From Candidatus Poseidoniaceae archaeon (lineage in GTDB: Archaea; Thermoplasmatota; Poseidoniia; Poseidoniales; Poseidoniaceae): a stretch of DNA of 50,107 nt. Below are positions 8,578-17,745 of the stretch, one piece after another (within the stretch, counting starts at the first letter, position 1; each line of letters begins with the position of its first letter). The notes beneath the pieces are model-generated. The model had not been told where the DNA came from and ran no database searches. It saw only the letters and a list, made by a program, of their open reading frames with translations. The position numbers were made by a program, and so were the translations under genes. Location: the NCBI GenBank assembly GCA_024958795.1, contig JANXHP010000021.1:1-50107 (forward strand), written 5' to 3'.

Positions 8578-9936
8578 ATGGCTGATGAGTCTGAGGCTAT
8601 TGAAACTCCTTTGCGAGTATTAATTGTTAGAGGTTCATTCAACACTTTAGGAGGAGGCGAACGGGAATTGTTGCAGTTGCTTCGCCATGTTGGAAATAGA
8701 TGGCAAGTTAGTCTTGCAACACTTCAGTTTCCACAACAAGCAAAAGAGTTGTTAGGAAATCATGAAATCAATATCATCCAGCCAAAGCACCCATTTTCAT
8801 GGCCTCAAGGTGCAATAACTGAACTAACTGCAGGGCAAAGTTCTGCAGCCAGTAGAGAATGGAAAAAAATGAAAATTGATTGGTCCAACTATGATGCTAT
8901 CCACTTTTCTGTTTGCCGTGGAACATTAGAGATTCTAAACTCGGTTTCAGATAATGAACTCGCAGGTAAAGGACTGCACTATCATTGTCTTGAACCACCG
9001 CGTTGGCTGTATGAAGATGTCCTTCATCGACAGATAGATGGTACTTTGAAAAGACCTTTGTGGCTAACGAATCTGATTTTTGCAAATCAACGCCGCATTG
9101 ACCAAAAACTTGTCAAGCGTTTGGCGAAGATGAAGGGTTCGGCGATCTCTGGAAATTCAATGTGGATTCAAAAACAGTTGAGGGATATTTACGAGTTCGC
9201 AAGTGATGACAAGAAAGTGAATGGTTCTCCACCGCGCCGTAATTCAAGGGGGCAGATGCTGGAAGCAACACATCTAATGCATGTTTTAGATTGGAAATTA
9301 TGGCCCCAACTTGCAGACGAGGATGAAAAGAATGCTGGTGATGAAATTCAACAAGCGGTTGTTTCAGCAGAGAAAAACTCGCCAGAAGCAAAATCGTTAC
9401 CAGATGAATATGTTGTTACCATTGGCAAATTATCTTTCGTAAAGGGAGCATGGGAAACGGTGCAATCTTTGCAAGGAACTGGTCTTTCATTAGTTCAAAT
9501 TGGTGGTGGAGATAATAGCGATAAAGAGAGTATTTTAGCCCATGGAAGTTCCTTGGGCATAGATGTTTATTGCATGCCACGTCTAAGTCAATCAGCACTT
9601 AGAGCTGTGATTAGAGGCTCTGTTGCTATGGTTAGCCATGCACATGGTGAGCCGTTTGGATTAACTCCGTTGGAGGCGATGGCAATTGGAGTTCCCGCAT
9701 TAATGGTTGATGAGGGAGGTTTCCATTACACTATGGGCCTTGTTGACTCAGGGATGTTGATTTCACGGGAAGATTATAAATCGTGGAATGAGGCTTATGG
9801 TTTGGCTCAAGATGATGATACTCGTAAATTATGGGCCGGTAATGGACGCAAATATGTTGAAGAAAATTTCACAATTGATGTCCAACTTGATGCACTGGAG
9901 AACTTACTCTTGGAATGCATAAAAAGTGCTTTGTGA
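8578..9936 (+). CDS. Glycosyltransferase family 4 (GT-B)
   Basis: N-terminal GGGERE; C-terminal EPFGLTPLEAMAIGVP (E-x7-E). Confidence 0.9.
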   Translation: MADESEAIETPLRVLIVRGSFNTLGGGERELLQLLRHVGNRWQVSLATLQFPQQAKELLGNHEINIIQPKHPFSWPQGAITELTAGQSSAASREWKKMKIDWSNYDAIHFSVCRGTLEILNSVSDNELAGKGLHYHCLEPPRWLYEDVLHRQIDGTLKRPLWLTNLIFANQRRIDQKLVKRLAKMKGSAISGNSMWIQKQLRDIYEFASDDKKVNGSPPRRNSRGQMLEATHLMHVLDWKLWPQLADEDEKNAGDEIQQAVVSAEKNSPEAKSLPDEYVVTIGKLSFVKGAWETVQSLQGTGLSLVQIGGGDNSDKESILAHGSSLGIDVYCMPRLSQSALRAVIRGSVAMVSHAHGEPFGLTPLEAMAIGVPALMVDEGGFHYTMGLVDSGMLISREDYKSWNEAYGLAQDDDTRKLWAGNGRKYVEENFTIDVQLDALENLLLECIKSAL

Positions 9937-9993
9937 ATAGAACTGTTGATATCTGTTTCAATTCTTTATATGTTCTCACTCAATTAATGTTGT

Positions 9994-10632
9994 ATGAAGA
10001 AAACTGTGGATAGCAAAACGCTACTTATTGTCGGCGCTGGTGGAATAGGTTCTACTCTTGTTGATGTATTGACCCCTGCACTAAGGAGAATAGGAATCAA
10101 TTGTGAAATAGTGATTATGGATGGAGACTTAGTTGAAGCAACTAATCTTGGCCATCAAAGGTTTACCAGCGAAGACATTGGTCTATCAAAGGTCGAAGCT
10201 TTAGCTCAACGCCATATTGCTGACAGTGAATCCAGTGTAACTGTCAGTGCAATAACTGAAAACTTACGTAATTTAGAGCAACTAAAAGGTGCTGATTTAG
10301 TCATAGTTTGCGTAGATAGACCTGAACCAAGACGTTTAGTTCACCAATTGCAAGTTCCTTGGACAGATTTGCGTTGTGGTGGCGATGGCCACCTTGTAAT
10401 GACTAGTGAAAGTCAAACTGCATTAGTTGAAGCCATGACTCCAGATCATCCTGCAAAATCATGTCAGCATGAAGGGGCTCTTGAATCTGGAAACCTAGAA
10501 TTTGGGTTCCTCAATGCTGCTGCTTTCGGCGCCCAGTGGGCCCTTCAACAATTGCGTGGAAAACCTACACCGATACAGAGTATGGCAAGCATTACCTATG
10601 GACAAATGCATTTTCCGGTGGTGAGTGAATGA
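9994..10632 (+). CDS. ThiF/MoeB/E1-like adenylyltransferase
   Basis: IVGAGGIGS, DGDLVEATNLGHQ, SKVEAL, VCVDR; a lone Cys in PAKSCQ; no CxxC zinc sites. Confidence 0.9.
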   Translation: MKKTVDSKTLLIVGAGGIGSTLVDVLTPALRRIGINCEIVIMDGDLVEATNLGHQRFTSEDIGLSKVEALAQRHIADSESSVTVSAITENLRNLEQLKGADLVIVCVDRPEPRRLVHQLQVPWTDLRCGGDGHLVMTSESQTALVEAMTPDHPAKSCQHEGALESGNLEFGFLNAAAFGAQWALQQLRGKPTPIQSMASITYGQMHFPVVSE

Positions 10633-11180
10633 TTTTTATTCCAAATATTGAAGAATTGTGTGAAGATCAAAGAGCATGGGAATACATCTGTAATCTTGCC
10701 GAAAACAAGAAGGTTGATGCTCCAATTCTACTAACATTCCAAAGCAATAGTGCTTCGGCTGGAAGATGGGATGCAGTTTACGCAATATCTCTGTTAGCAG
10801 GGCTTGAAACATCGGTTCTTATCGATGCTGATGACATGGTATTCATTGACTGGGGTACATCTGGAAGAGTACCACTAAAACCTCCAGTCGGTGCAAGAAT
10901 GCCCTTCAAAACCTGGGTTCACACCCATCCTGGGTTTGCTGCATATTGGAGCGCTACAGATACCAATAGTTTAGCGATAGGAAGCGCAATTCTTCGTCAA
11001 GCAATCGTACTTGGCGCACCGGGTCCAAAAACCGCTATCAACCTCGCTTTTGATGACGATTATGAATGCCAGAATACAATTAATGCTAACGGACCTTTGT
11101 CCAATTGGAGTGATGAACCTGTCACACCATGGGATGAATGGTATCAGCAAAGAGAAGAAATCAGTGAGGTGATTGTATGA
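10629..11180 (+). CDS. JAB/MPN+ (JAMM) metallopeptidase-like protein
   Basis: Exact JAMM spacing H-x-H-x7-S-x2-D (HTHPGFAAYWSATD) with an upstream Glu in LETSVLID. ATGA overlap with the ThiF gene. Confidence 0.8.
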   Translation: MIFIPNIEELCEDQRAWEYICNLAENKKVDAPILLTFQSNSASAGRWDAVYAISLLAGLETSVLIDADDMVFIDWGTSGRVPLKPPVGARMPFKTWVHTHPGFAAYWSATDTNSLAIGSAILRQAIVLGAPGPKTAINLAFDDDYECQNTINANGPLSNWSDEPVTPWDEWYQQREEISEVIV

Positions 11181-11413
11181 GTGTTAGGAATCCTAAAGAT
11201 GATGAAGAAGAACTGAAAGCGCGGTTAGCAATAGCTTTAGGTAAGGGTAAGACCATCAAGGAATTTATTCAATTCATTAGCGATGAAGAAATTGATGATG
11301 AATTAGTTGAAGCAATTAAGAACAGGCTTAAATTTGCGAGTGAGAGGGATGAAACGATAGATGTTCACGCACTAATCACTGGAATGCTTGCTATTCAAGG
11401 CAAGTGGATTTGA
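11177..11413 (+). CDS. Small acidic, probably helical hypothetical protein (78 aa)
   Basis: ATGA overlap with the JAB gene; SD-like GAGGTGA upstream; composition looks like a real protein. Confidence 0.75.
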   Translation: MSVRNPKDDEEELKARLAIALGKGKTIKEFIQFISDEEIDDELVEAIKNRLKFASERDETIDVHALITGMLAIQGKWI

Positions 11414-11417
11414 GGAA

Positions 11418-13487
11418 TCATTGATTTGTATAAGTCGGTCTACGACCTTCGATTAGAGCGCTCAAACCTTCTAATGAATCAGCAGTTGAAAATATTCCAT
11501 TCAATCCAGCTAACTCTAGTGCAAGACCTGCCGAAAGATCGGTTGAAGAAGTTGCATCGATTAACTCACTTGCTTTTGCCAAAGCGATAGGGGCAGTGAA
11601 TTTCAAACTCTTCATTTGACGAGAAACTTGTTTGTCTTCCATATCAAAACCTTGAGGACATATTCCATTCATCAAATCATCCATATTTGCATCTGCAAAG
11701 AAATCATTAGCAAATTGAACAACAGATGATTGGAGATTTGCTGCTTGACCTGGATACTTGTTTGCTGGCTTTCCTTGATTGGAAATTTGTATAACAACTT
11801 CATCAACTGCAGCAACATCAACCAAATGGGTAATCAATCCCAAATCATTAGCTGTTTTTGCATCCATGAAGTTTCCTGCTAATACTGCCCACCTTGCAGC
11901 AGGAATACCACATATTCTTGCTGGCCTTTGTGAACCACCTAAACCAGGATAAATTCCGATTGAAGTCTCAGGGAATCTAAATTGTGTTCTGCGAGTACCG
12001 ACTCGGTAATCACACGCAAGAGCAAGTTCTAAGCCACCACCAAGAGCCAAGCCTGTAGTCAATGCAATAGTTGTCTTTGAAGAAGATTCTAATTTATCTA
12101 GAACTTGATGGCCAAAGGCTGTAAAATCATAGATATCATCTATTGAATCTGCACGAATTTTGTCAACAAAGAATTTGACATCAGCACCTGCAACAAAAGC
12201 CTTACCGGCTCCATCCAATACTATGGTTGAGACTGAATCATCCGAATTTACAATATCCAAAGCACTACCTAATTGTGCCATTACTGTCTCATTCAAAGCA
12301 TTCATCGCTTCTGGACGATTGATAGTAATGGTGGCAATACCATTGTCAATTGATGTGTCTACAACTTTGAAATCCCAATTAGTATCACCTTGATCGCTGA
12401 AATATTGTGGAACTTGCCAGCCACCATTAGCTAACTCTGCATATTGCTTGGCCATTCTATGTGCATTTTCTACTCCAACTCTATTCATTAATTCAAATGG
12501 TCCACGAGCCCAACGAAGACCTACCTTTGCACCACGGTCAACATCTTCCATTGAACAAATTTCTTCATCGACTATCTGTGCAGCCACTCCGAAAACGACT
12601 CCGAGTAATCGCTGTGAAATGATTTCATATTGTGATTCATCATAATCTTCATCCTGTGAAATTTCCCACATCTTGTTATCTGCTACCAAATCTCTTAGAT
12701 TCTGAGCACCATGGTAACGAGAAGTATTCAATTGTTCAGCCAAATAATCTGTTGAATGTAATGCGATAGGTGGACCGGTTAGATTCATCAATCCAAATGG
12801 CCCTAATCCAATAGAGAATGCTTTACGAGAAACCGCGTCTATTTGGGCTGGAGATGCTACTCCTTCCTGTAATAGCAAACAAGCTTCATTTAGCCATGGT
12901 ACAAAGAAACGGTTGACTACAAAACCAGGACGGTCTGCACATACGATGACAACTTTACCTAGCATCTTACAATACTGAACAACTTTTTCAACTGTTTGAG
13001 CAGATGATGCCTTTGCTGGAATGACTTCTATTAAACGGTTTTTTGCAGGGTGGAAAAAGAAATGAAGACCTACGAATTTATCTGCTCTTCCAGATGCTGC
13101 TGCCAATTCATTTACCGATAATGAAGATGTATTGGATGCAAAAATTGTATTATCGTCACAAGCAGAGTTTAATGTTTCAAAAACTGCTGTTTTTACATCA
13201 AAATCTTCGAACACTGCTTCTATTACTAAATCGGTATCTGCAGCGGTGTTTTCAACACCCACAACACCAGTGATTCTACCTTTTATCGCTTCAACCTGTG
13301 CTTCTCTAAATATTCGGCGTTCAACCGCTTCATTGAGAAAATTTGCAATAATATCTTGCCCTCTATCTACCCATTGCTGCTCTCGGTCCACCATTTGAAC
13401 ATCGAATTCTTCTTGCGCAGTTTTTTGAGCGATACCAGACCCCATATTTCCTGCGCCGACAATTGCCACACTCTGAATAGGTTGCAT
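11418..13487 (-). CDS. 3-hydroxyacyl-CoA dehydrogenase / enoyl-CoA hydratase fusion
   Basis: GAGNMGSGIA, ASNTSS, GLHFFFHP, PGFVVNR; C-terminal crotonase with AFVAGADV, GGGLELALACD, FPET. Start at MQPIQ inferred from promoter spacing. Confidence 0.93.
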   Translation of the reverse strand: MQPIQSVAIVGAGNMGSGIAQKTAQEEFDVQMVDREQQWVDRGQDIIANFLNEAVERRIFREAQVEAIKGRITGVVGVENTAADTDLVIEAVFEDFDVKTAVFETLNSACDDNTIFASNTSSLSVNELAAASGRADKFVGLHFFFHPAKNRLIEVIPAKASSAQTVEKVVQYCKMLGKVVIVCADRPGFVVNRFFVPWLNEACLLLQEGVASPAQIDAVSRKAFSIGLGPFGLMNLTGPPIALHSTDYLAEQLNTSRYHGAQNLRDLVADNKMWEISQDEDYDESQYEIISQRLLGVVFGVAAQIVDEEICSMEDVDRGAKVGLRWARGPFELMNRVGVENAHRMAKQYAELANGGWQVPQYFSDQGDTNWDFKVVDTSIDNGIATITINRPEAMNALNETVMAQLGSALDIVNSDDSVSTIVLDGAGKAFVAGADVKFFVDKIRADSIDDIYDFTAFGHQVLDKLESSSKTTIALTTGLALGGGLELALACDYRVGTRRTQFRFPETSIGIYPGLGGSQRPARICGIPAARWAVLAGNFMDAKTANDLGLITHLVDVAAVDEVVIQISNQGKPANKYPGQAANLQSSVVQFANDFFADANMDDLMNGICPQGFDMEDKQVSRQMKSLKFTAPIALAKASELIDATSSTDLSAGLALELAGLNGIFSTADSLEGLSALIEGRRPTYTNQ

Positions 13488-13603
13488 AAGACAACCCACC
13501 AGTCACCTATTCATGAACAAATCGCTATTATTATTCGCTAAATAATAAGATAATTGGGCCTTTATGCAAAGGATTTATGCTGCTTGATGGTTGATAGAAA
13601 TTT

Positions 13604-14008
13604 ATGCGAGTGGTGAAATTGACATTGGAGGATTTCCCAACAATGGCAATTCTAGATGATTATTTTGAAGAATTATCATCTCCGACAAAGAATGGAAGAG
13701 TTGACATCAATGGTGATTGTATGGAGGATTCTCAAATTTTTCCCGGTGAAATCGTTGTATTCTTACATGGAGGAAGGCTTGTGAAAATGGCAAGAGCATC
13801 TTCCTCAGTAATCGCCTCAGATAACGACCTTCCACGCCATTTTACAATAGATGCTGAATCCATTCGTATTCCAAGAAGAATGTTACGAATATCTGAATTC
13901 CAAGAAATACTCTTCAAAGTCGCTGGCCTTGCTACAAATCTAGCGAGTAAGAACTGGAACCATCTACAAGATTCTGATGTTTTGATTTCAATAATTGACA
14001 GATTATAA
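13604..14008 (+). CDS. Hypothetical protein, possibly PUA/EVE-like fold
   Basis: 134-aa ORF with TTTATG 30 nt upstream. PGEIVVFLHGGRLVKMARA resembles the G-D-x-V-x-F strand-turn-strand of PUA-like domains. Confidence 0.6.
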   Translation: MRVVKLTLEDFPTMAILDDYFEELSSPTKNGRVDINGDCMEDSQIFPGEIVVFLHGGRLVKMARASSSVIASDNDLPRHFTIDAESIRIPRRMLRISEFQEILFKVAGLATNLASKNWNHLQDSDVLISIIDRL

Positions 14009-14018
14009 CTTCAGTAAA

Positions 14019-15194
14019 TCAAAGATTTGAGTAAACTTCAGCCATCTTATCATTAAAAATTGTCATACTATAATTTCGTGAATGCTCAATCAATTCTTCA
14101 TCCACATCAATAGGTCCACCTCTTTGTTTCCATTGAGAATGTATCTCAACAATGGCCTTCTGCCATGCGCTAATATCATCTGCTGCAATACAAGCATTCA
14201 CAGGCATCAATTCATTATGACTTGCAAGATCTGAACAGAGAACTTTAGTTCCGCAGGCCATTGATTCTAAAGGCGGGTAACCAAATCCCTCACTTCCAGA
14301 AGGAAATAATAGCGCCTCAGATTTGATACGCATCCACATCAATTCCTGATGACTAAGATTTATTCCAACCCCATGCCAATTATTGACATTATATTGTTTA
14401 GCCAATTGATGGGTTGATAATCCACCATACGGACATTCACCATTACCTACATGATAGATATGAATGTCATTTTTTATTGATTCATCTAATCCGCCCAATA
14501 CTTCACAAATGAATTTGATTCTCTTTCTTGGGTCATGACTACCCACGATTAAGAGATTGCAACCAATTGGCATATTTTGTGCTGGTCCAGTGACTTCCAA
14601 ATCCCTTTGAATGAAATTTGCAAAGGCATCGATGTCAAGGCCGAGTGGAACGCAGATGCTTTTTACACTTGGAAAATGTTTTTTACAATCTGATAAAGTT
14701 GCCTTTGAATCACAAACTAATAGATTTGCTCTCCTTAATCCATTTCTTAATTTTTTCAAATCTCTTCTACGATAACTTGGTGGCTTTGGCTCACCAACTT
14801 GTATGATTTCATTACCTATCTTCACTTGCCTAGGAAATAAATGGAATAAATCATGCACTGTGACTACGACTGGCACTTTGCAATTCTTTGGAACCAAATG
14901 CGCCTGTTCCTGATCAGTAATGTGTAAAATATCACAATCACCAGCTTTTACAGAAGATTTTACGAATTTATTTACCACTCTTGGGTGTGACCACCAACGC
15001 ATCAATAATCGCTTGGCTGGATTCGTTTTCATTGAAAGTTCATATTCACAAGTTGCAGCCAATTGATGACCTTTGATGCTACCATTTTTGAGCGAATTTA
15101 ACAAATTGTGGTGTGCGCTGCCGAGACCTGTATTGCGGCCAAGTACACCCCCGCGAGCGAGTATTATTGACTTGACCATGACAACCCGAGTCAT
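14019..15194 (-). CDS. Glycosyltransferase family 4 (GT-B)
   Basis: VVVTVHDL, PRKRI, FPSGSEGFGYPPLESMACG. Start moved to about 15194 (15179 is an alternative) because the long ORF overlaps the hxlR-like gene. Confidence 0.9.
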   Translation of the reverse strand: MTRVVMVKSIILARGGVLGRNTGLGSAHHNLLNSLKNGSIKGHQLAATCEYELSMKTNPAKRLLMRWWSHPRVVNKFVKSSVKAGDCDILHITDQEQAHLVPKNCKVPVVVTVHDLFHLFPRQVKIGNEIIQVGEPKPPSYRRRDLKKLRNGLRRANLLVCDSKATLSDCKKHFPSVKSICVPLGLDIDAFANFIQRDLEVTGPAQNMPIGCNLLIVGSHDPRKRIKFICEVLGGLDESIKNDIHIYHVGNGECPYGGLSTHQLAKQYNVNNWHGVGINLSHQELMWMRIKSEALLFPSGSEGFGYPPLESMACGTKVLCSDLASHNELMPVNACIAADDISAWQKAIVEIHSQWKQRGGPIDVDEELIEHSRNYSMTIFNDKMAEVYSNL

Positions 15195-15347
15195 CCTCTC
15201 CTCTTTGAAGGATAAGTCGGATTTATTCGTTTTTGATTCATTTTCTTTTAATTCCCGATAACGCAAGTAACATTCGGTAACAATTTTCATACTCGGTGTG
15301 TAAAAGAAATCAAGTAGTCCTAGCCATCCGGACGAGTTGGGACAACC

Positions 15348-15806
15348 ATGCCAGAACCTGCACTTACCATTCCAAGAGATTCTTTTGACGCTGTTCAAAT
15401 TCATATTGATAATACAATAAAAAACGGTAGTAACATTCGAGATATTCTCGGTAAGTACTCCGATAATGGACCATGGGATACTACTTGGGAGGTTCAAGCT
15501 GCAGTTGAAGCATTACACGTATTTGGTTCCCGATGGACTACTGAAATTCTTTCAACACTATACATTGCTGGACCTCGTAGATTTAATCAAATGAAGGGAA
15601 TGCTATCAGGGATTTCTTCAAGAACATTGAGTGATAAATTACGTTTCCTCGTTGAAGAAGGATTGGTAATTCGCGAAGTTGAAGATGGACCGCCAATCCG
15701 TGTTTCCTACATCCTATCAGAGCATGGACGTACATGTGGAAGATTACTCTCACCATTAGTGGCACACTTGAAAATAAGGAACTATTCTGTTCGTAGTGAA
15801 AATTAA
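15348..15806 (+). CDS. HxlR-family winged-helix transcriptional regulator
   Basis: SRWTTEIL...PRRFNQM...GISSRTLSDKLRFLVEEGLVIR...PIRVSYILSEHG. Confidence 0.9.
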   Translation: MPEPALTIPRDSFDAVQIHIDNTIKNGSNIRDILGKYSDNGPWDTTWEVQAAVEALHVFGSRWTTEILSTLYIAGPRRFNQMKGMLSGISSRTLSDKLRFLVEEGLVIREVEDGPPIRVSYILSEHGRTCGRLLSPLVAHLKIRNYSVRSEN

Positions 15807-15862
15807 TCGTTGTTTGAACAACGCTCCAATGGATTAAGAAGGGAAGAGGCTAACCCGACTAT

Positions 15863-16531
15863 ATGCCTCTACTATCGCAGTGGGTTCGTCAGCGTCCTTG
15901 GTTGGCTGCTGGTCTGCTTGGTGCTACTGGAGGTTTGTCTGGGATTGCGGGTGGAATGGCCGCGGCTGCAAGCGCCATTGGAGCTATTACTCTTGGAGGA
16001 GTCTCAAGCAAATCCAAACACCAACATGAGCACCCACAGCGTTTGAGAATTCTCACTGCATTGGAAGTAAATCCTGGCTTATGTTATCGTGAATTACAAT
16101 CTGTTTTGAATACTGCAAATGGGACGCTACGGCATCATCTTGATGTTTTACAAGCCAGAAATAGTGTCATCATTATGCCAGTAAATGGAAGAACTTGTTA
16201 TTTCGTAGGTGCACCTAGTCAAATCGAAGAACTGAGAGGAATGAAATTAGGTGAACAAGCAGCAGCAAACGCCTTACCGATCGGTTTGTCATTAGTACAA
16301 AGATTGATTCTTGAAAATATTGACAAAGAGGGAGTCCCTCGATCTCAAGCTGAATTGGCACGCAGAATCGGTCGCTCAAGAGCAACTATTCATTCCGCTG
16401 TTAAAGTTCTAAGACGAAGAGGGATTCTGCGTGAAGATAGAGTTGAATTGATGCCACACATCAATATGGACATGACTTGGCATGGAACTGTGGCTGTGGA
16501 TTATGAATGGGACGACCGTCGTCGCGACTAA
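15863..16531 (+). CDS. Double winged-helix regulator with N-terminal hydrophobic segment (COG3398-like)
   Basis: RLRILTALEVNPGLCYRELQ...GTLRHHLDVL and a second HTH SQAELARRIGRSRATIHSAVKVL; Gly/Ala-rich hydrophobic N-terminus. Confidence 0.8.
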   Translation: MPLLSQWVRQRPWLAAGLLGATGGLSGIAGGMAAAASAIGAITLGGVSSKSKHQHEHPQRLRILTALEVNPGLCYRELQSVLNTANGTLRHHLDVLQARNSVIIMPVNGRTCYFVGAPSQIEELRGMKLGEQAAANALPIGLSLVQRLILENIDKEGVPRSQAELARRIGRSRATIHSAVKVLRRRGILREDRVELMPHINMDMTWHGTVAVDYEWDDRRRD

Positions 16532-16615
16532 GTCATTCAATAAACGCCTCTTGACAAGCAATTGTTACAAAGTCTTCAAAGACTCTTGGCATTCACTTCA
16601 CTTTGGTAGAGAAAT

Positions 16616-17722
16616 ATGTTTAGTGTTCGATTACAGGAAGTCGCACTACCAACAAGTGATAGGGATATAGACAGTTTAGTCACTTGGTTTACAGATACGC
16701 TTTGTTTAGTTCGTAAAAAAGGCGATGCAATGGCTGATTATGGTTTGGCAAATCCAGTTCATCGATTACTTCGTGACCACCTTCTAACTTCTCCAGAAAT
16801 CGGCTGGGATGCACAGATGTTAGCAGATGAACTTGCATTAACTCCTGCATCCTTGAATCATCATCTAACTCGCTTGGTTGAGGCTGGAATAATTGGATAT
16901 ACCAATGAAGGTAAAGGATGGAGAAGATATTATTTGCGCGGTGGAAGTATTACTAATGCTGTTGAATTGTTTTCAGTCCAATGTAAAGCCATAATCAATC
17001 AAAGAATGTCTCTTCTTGCGGCTAACTGGGAGCGAGGTGACTGCCGATTAGCACTTGAACTTCCAGAAGAAGATGCTCCATCATTGTCACTTGGAATTGT
17101 TGACCACAGACCCCTTACTCCACAGACCAGTGAAAATTTGTTATCCCAATGGTTAGGTGATTTTGGCCTACTTGGAGAACGTCCTGGAAAGGAAATAAAT
17201 GCTGATTCTCTCTCATGCAAATTGTTTGAAATTCTTCTAAGTAGAAATGCGCCATTATCTCTTGATGAAGCGGCTGAACTACTCGATGGCCCAAAGCCAC
17301 GTATCGGACGTATTCTAGAGCGCTTTAGAGCATCTGGAATGGTTGAAAGAGTTGCTAGAACAGATCGACTTTCCATTTCGTTATGGTCTGCAATGATGGC
17401 TCAATATCAACGACGTGGTGAAGATTGGATGCTGAAGAAAGGAGGATTCAACCGAATCCTCAATGAAAATCAACAATCAAAGTTGATTCAAAAATTAAAG
17501 AAGAATAAGTTGAAAGTTGAAGATGTGGAATCTCAATTAAAGGATGTAAATTCCAAACAACAAATGCTTCTGTTAAACCTATTAGGAGGGCGTTTGCCCT
17601 TAGGTCACCGTCTTAGTGGGGAAACTCCTGAAGATGTGGCTCGTCGTGTCAATGAACGGTTAGACAAGGTATTACGACGTATGCGGCGTGTTGCAGAACT
17701 TCTCGTTTCTGCTCAAAATTGA
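16616..17722 (+). CDS. Tandem-duplicated winged-helix (ArsR/MarR-like) protein
   Basis: HTH1 AQMLADELALTPASLNHHLTRLVEAGII; HTH2 LDEAAELLDGPKPRIGRILERFRASGMV; each is preceded by a similar W-x-x-x-x-L segment. Confidence 0.8.
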   Translation: MFSVRLQEVALPTSDRDIDSLVTWFTDTLCLVRKKGDAMADYGLANPVHRLLRDHLLTSPEIGWDAQMLADELALTPASLNHHLTRLVEAGIIGYTNEGKGWRRYYLRGGSITNAVELFSVQCKAIINQRMSLLAANWERGDCRLALELPEEDAPSLSLGIVDHRPLTPQTSENLLSQWLGDFGLLGERPGKEINADSLSCKLFEILLSRNAPLSLDEAAELLDGPKPRIGRILERFRASGMVERVARTDRLSISLWSAMMAQYQRRGEDWMLKKGGFNRILNENQQSKLIQKLKKNKLKVEDVESQLKDVNSKQQMLLLNLLGGRLPLGHRLSGETPEDVARRVNERLDKVLRRMRRVAELLVSAQN

Positions 17723-17745
17723 ATCGCGATTGTGAGTGAGTGAAA

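Noticed and set aside
11418-13487. HADH-ECH domain order as a novelty or carbon-fixation marker
   Set aside because: The dehydrogenase-hydratase order is common in archaea, and no other 3HP/4HB cycle genes are present; beta-oxidation is the simpler reading.
14019-15497. Long N-terminal extensions in the ORF track (GT4, also phoU, nuoA, aIF1A, GST, S8)
   Set aside because: They overlap neighbouring genes or promoters; downstream starts fit family N-termini and TATA or SD spacing.
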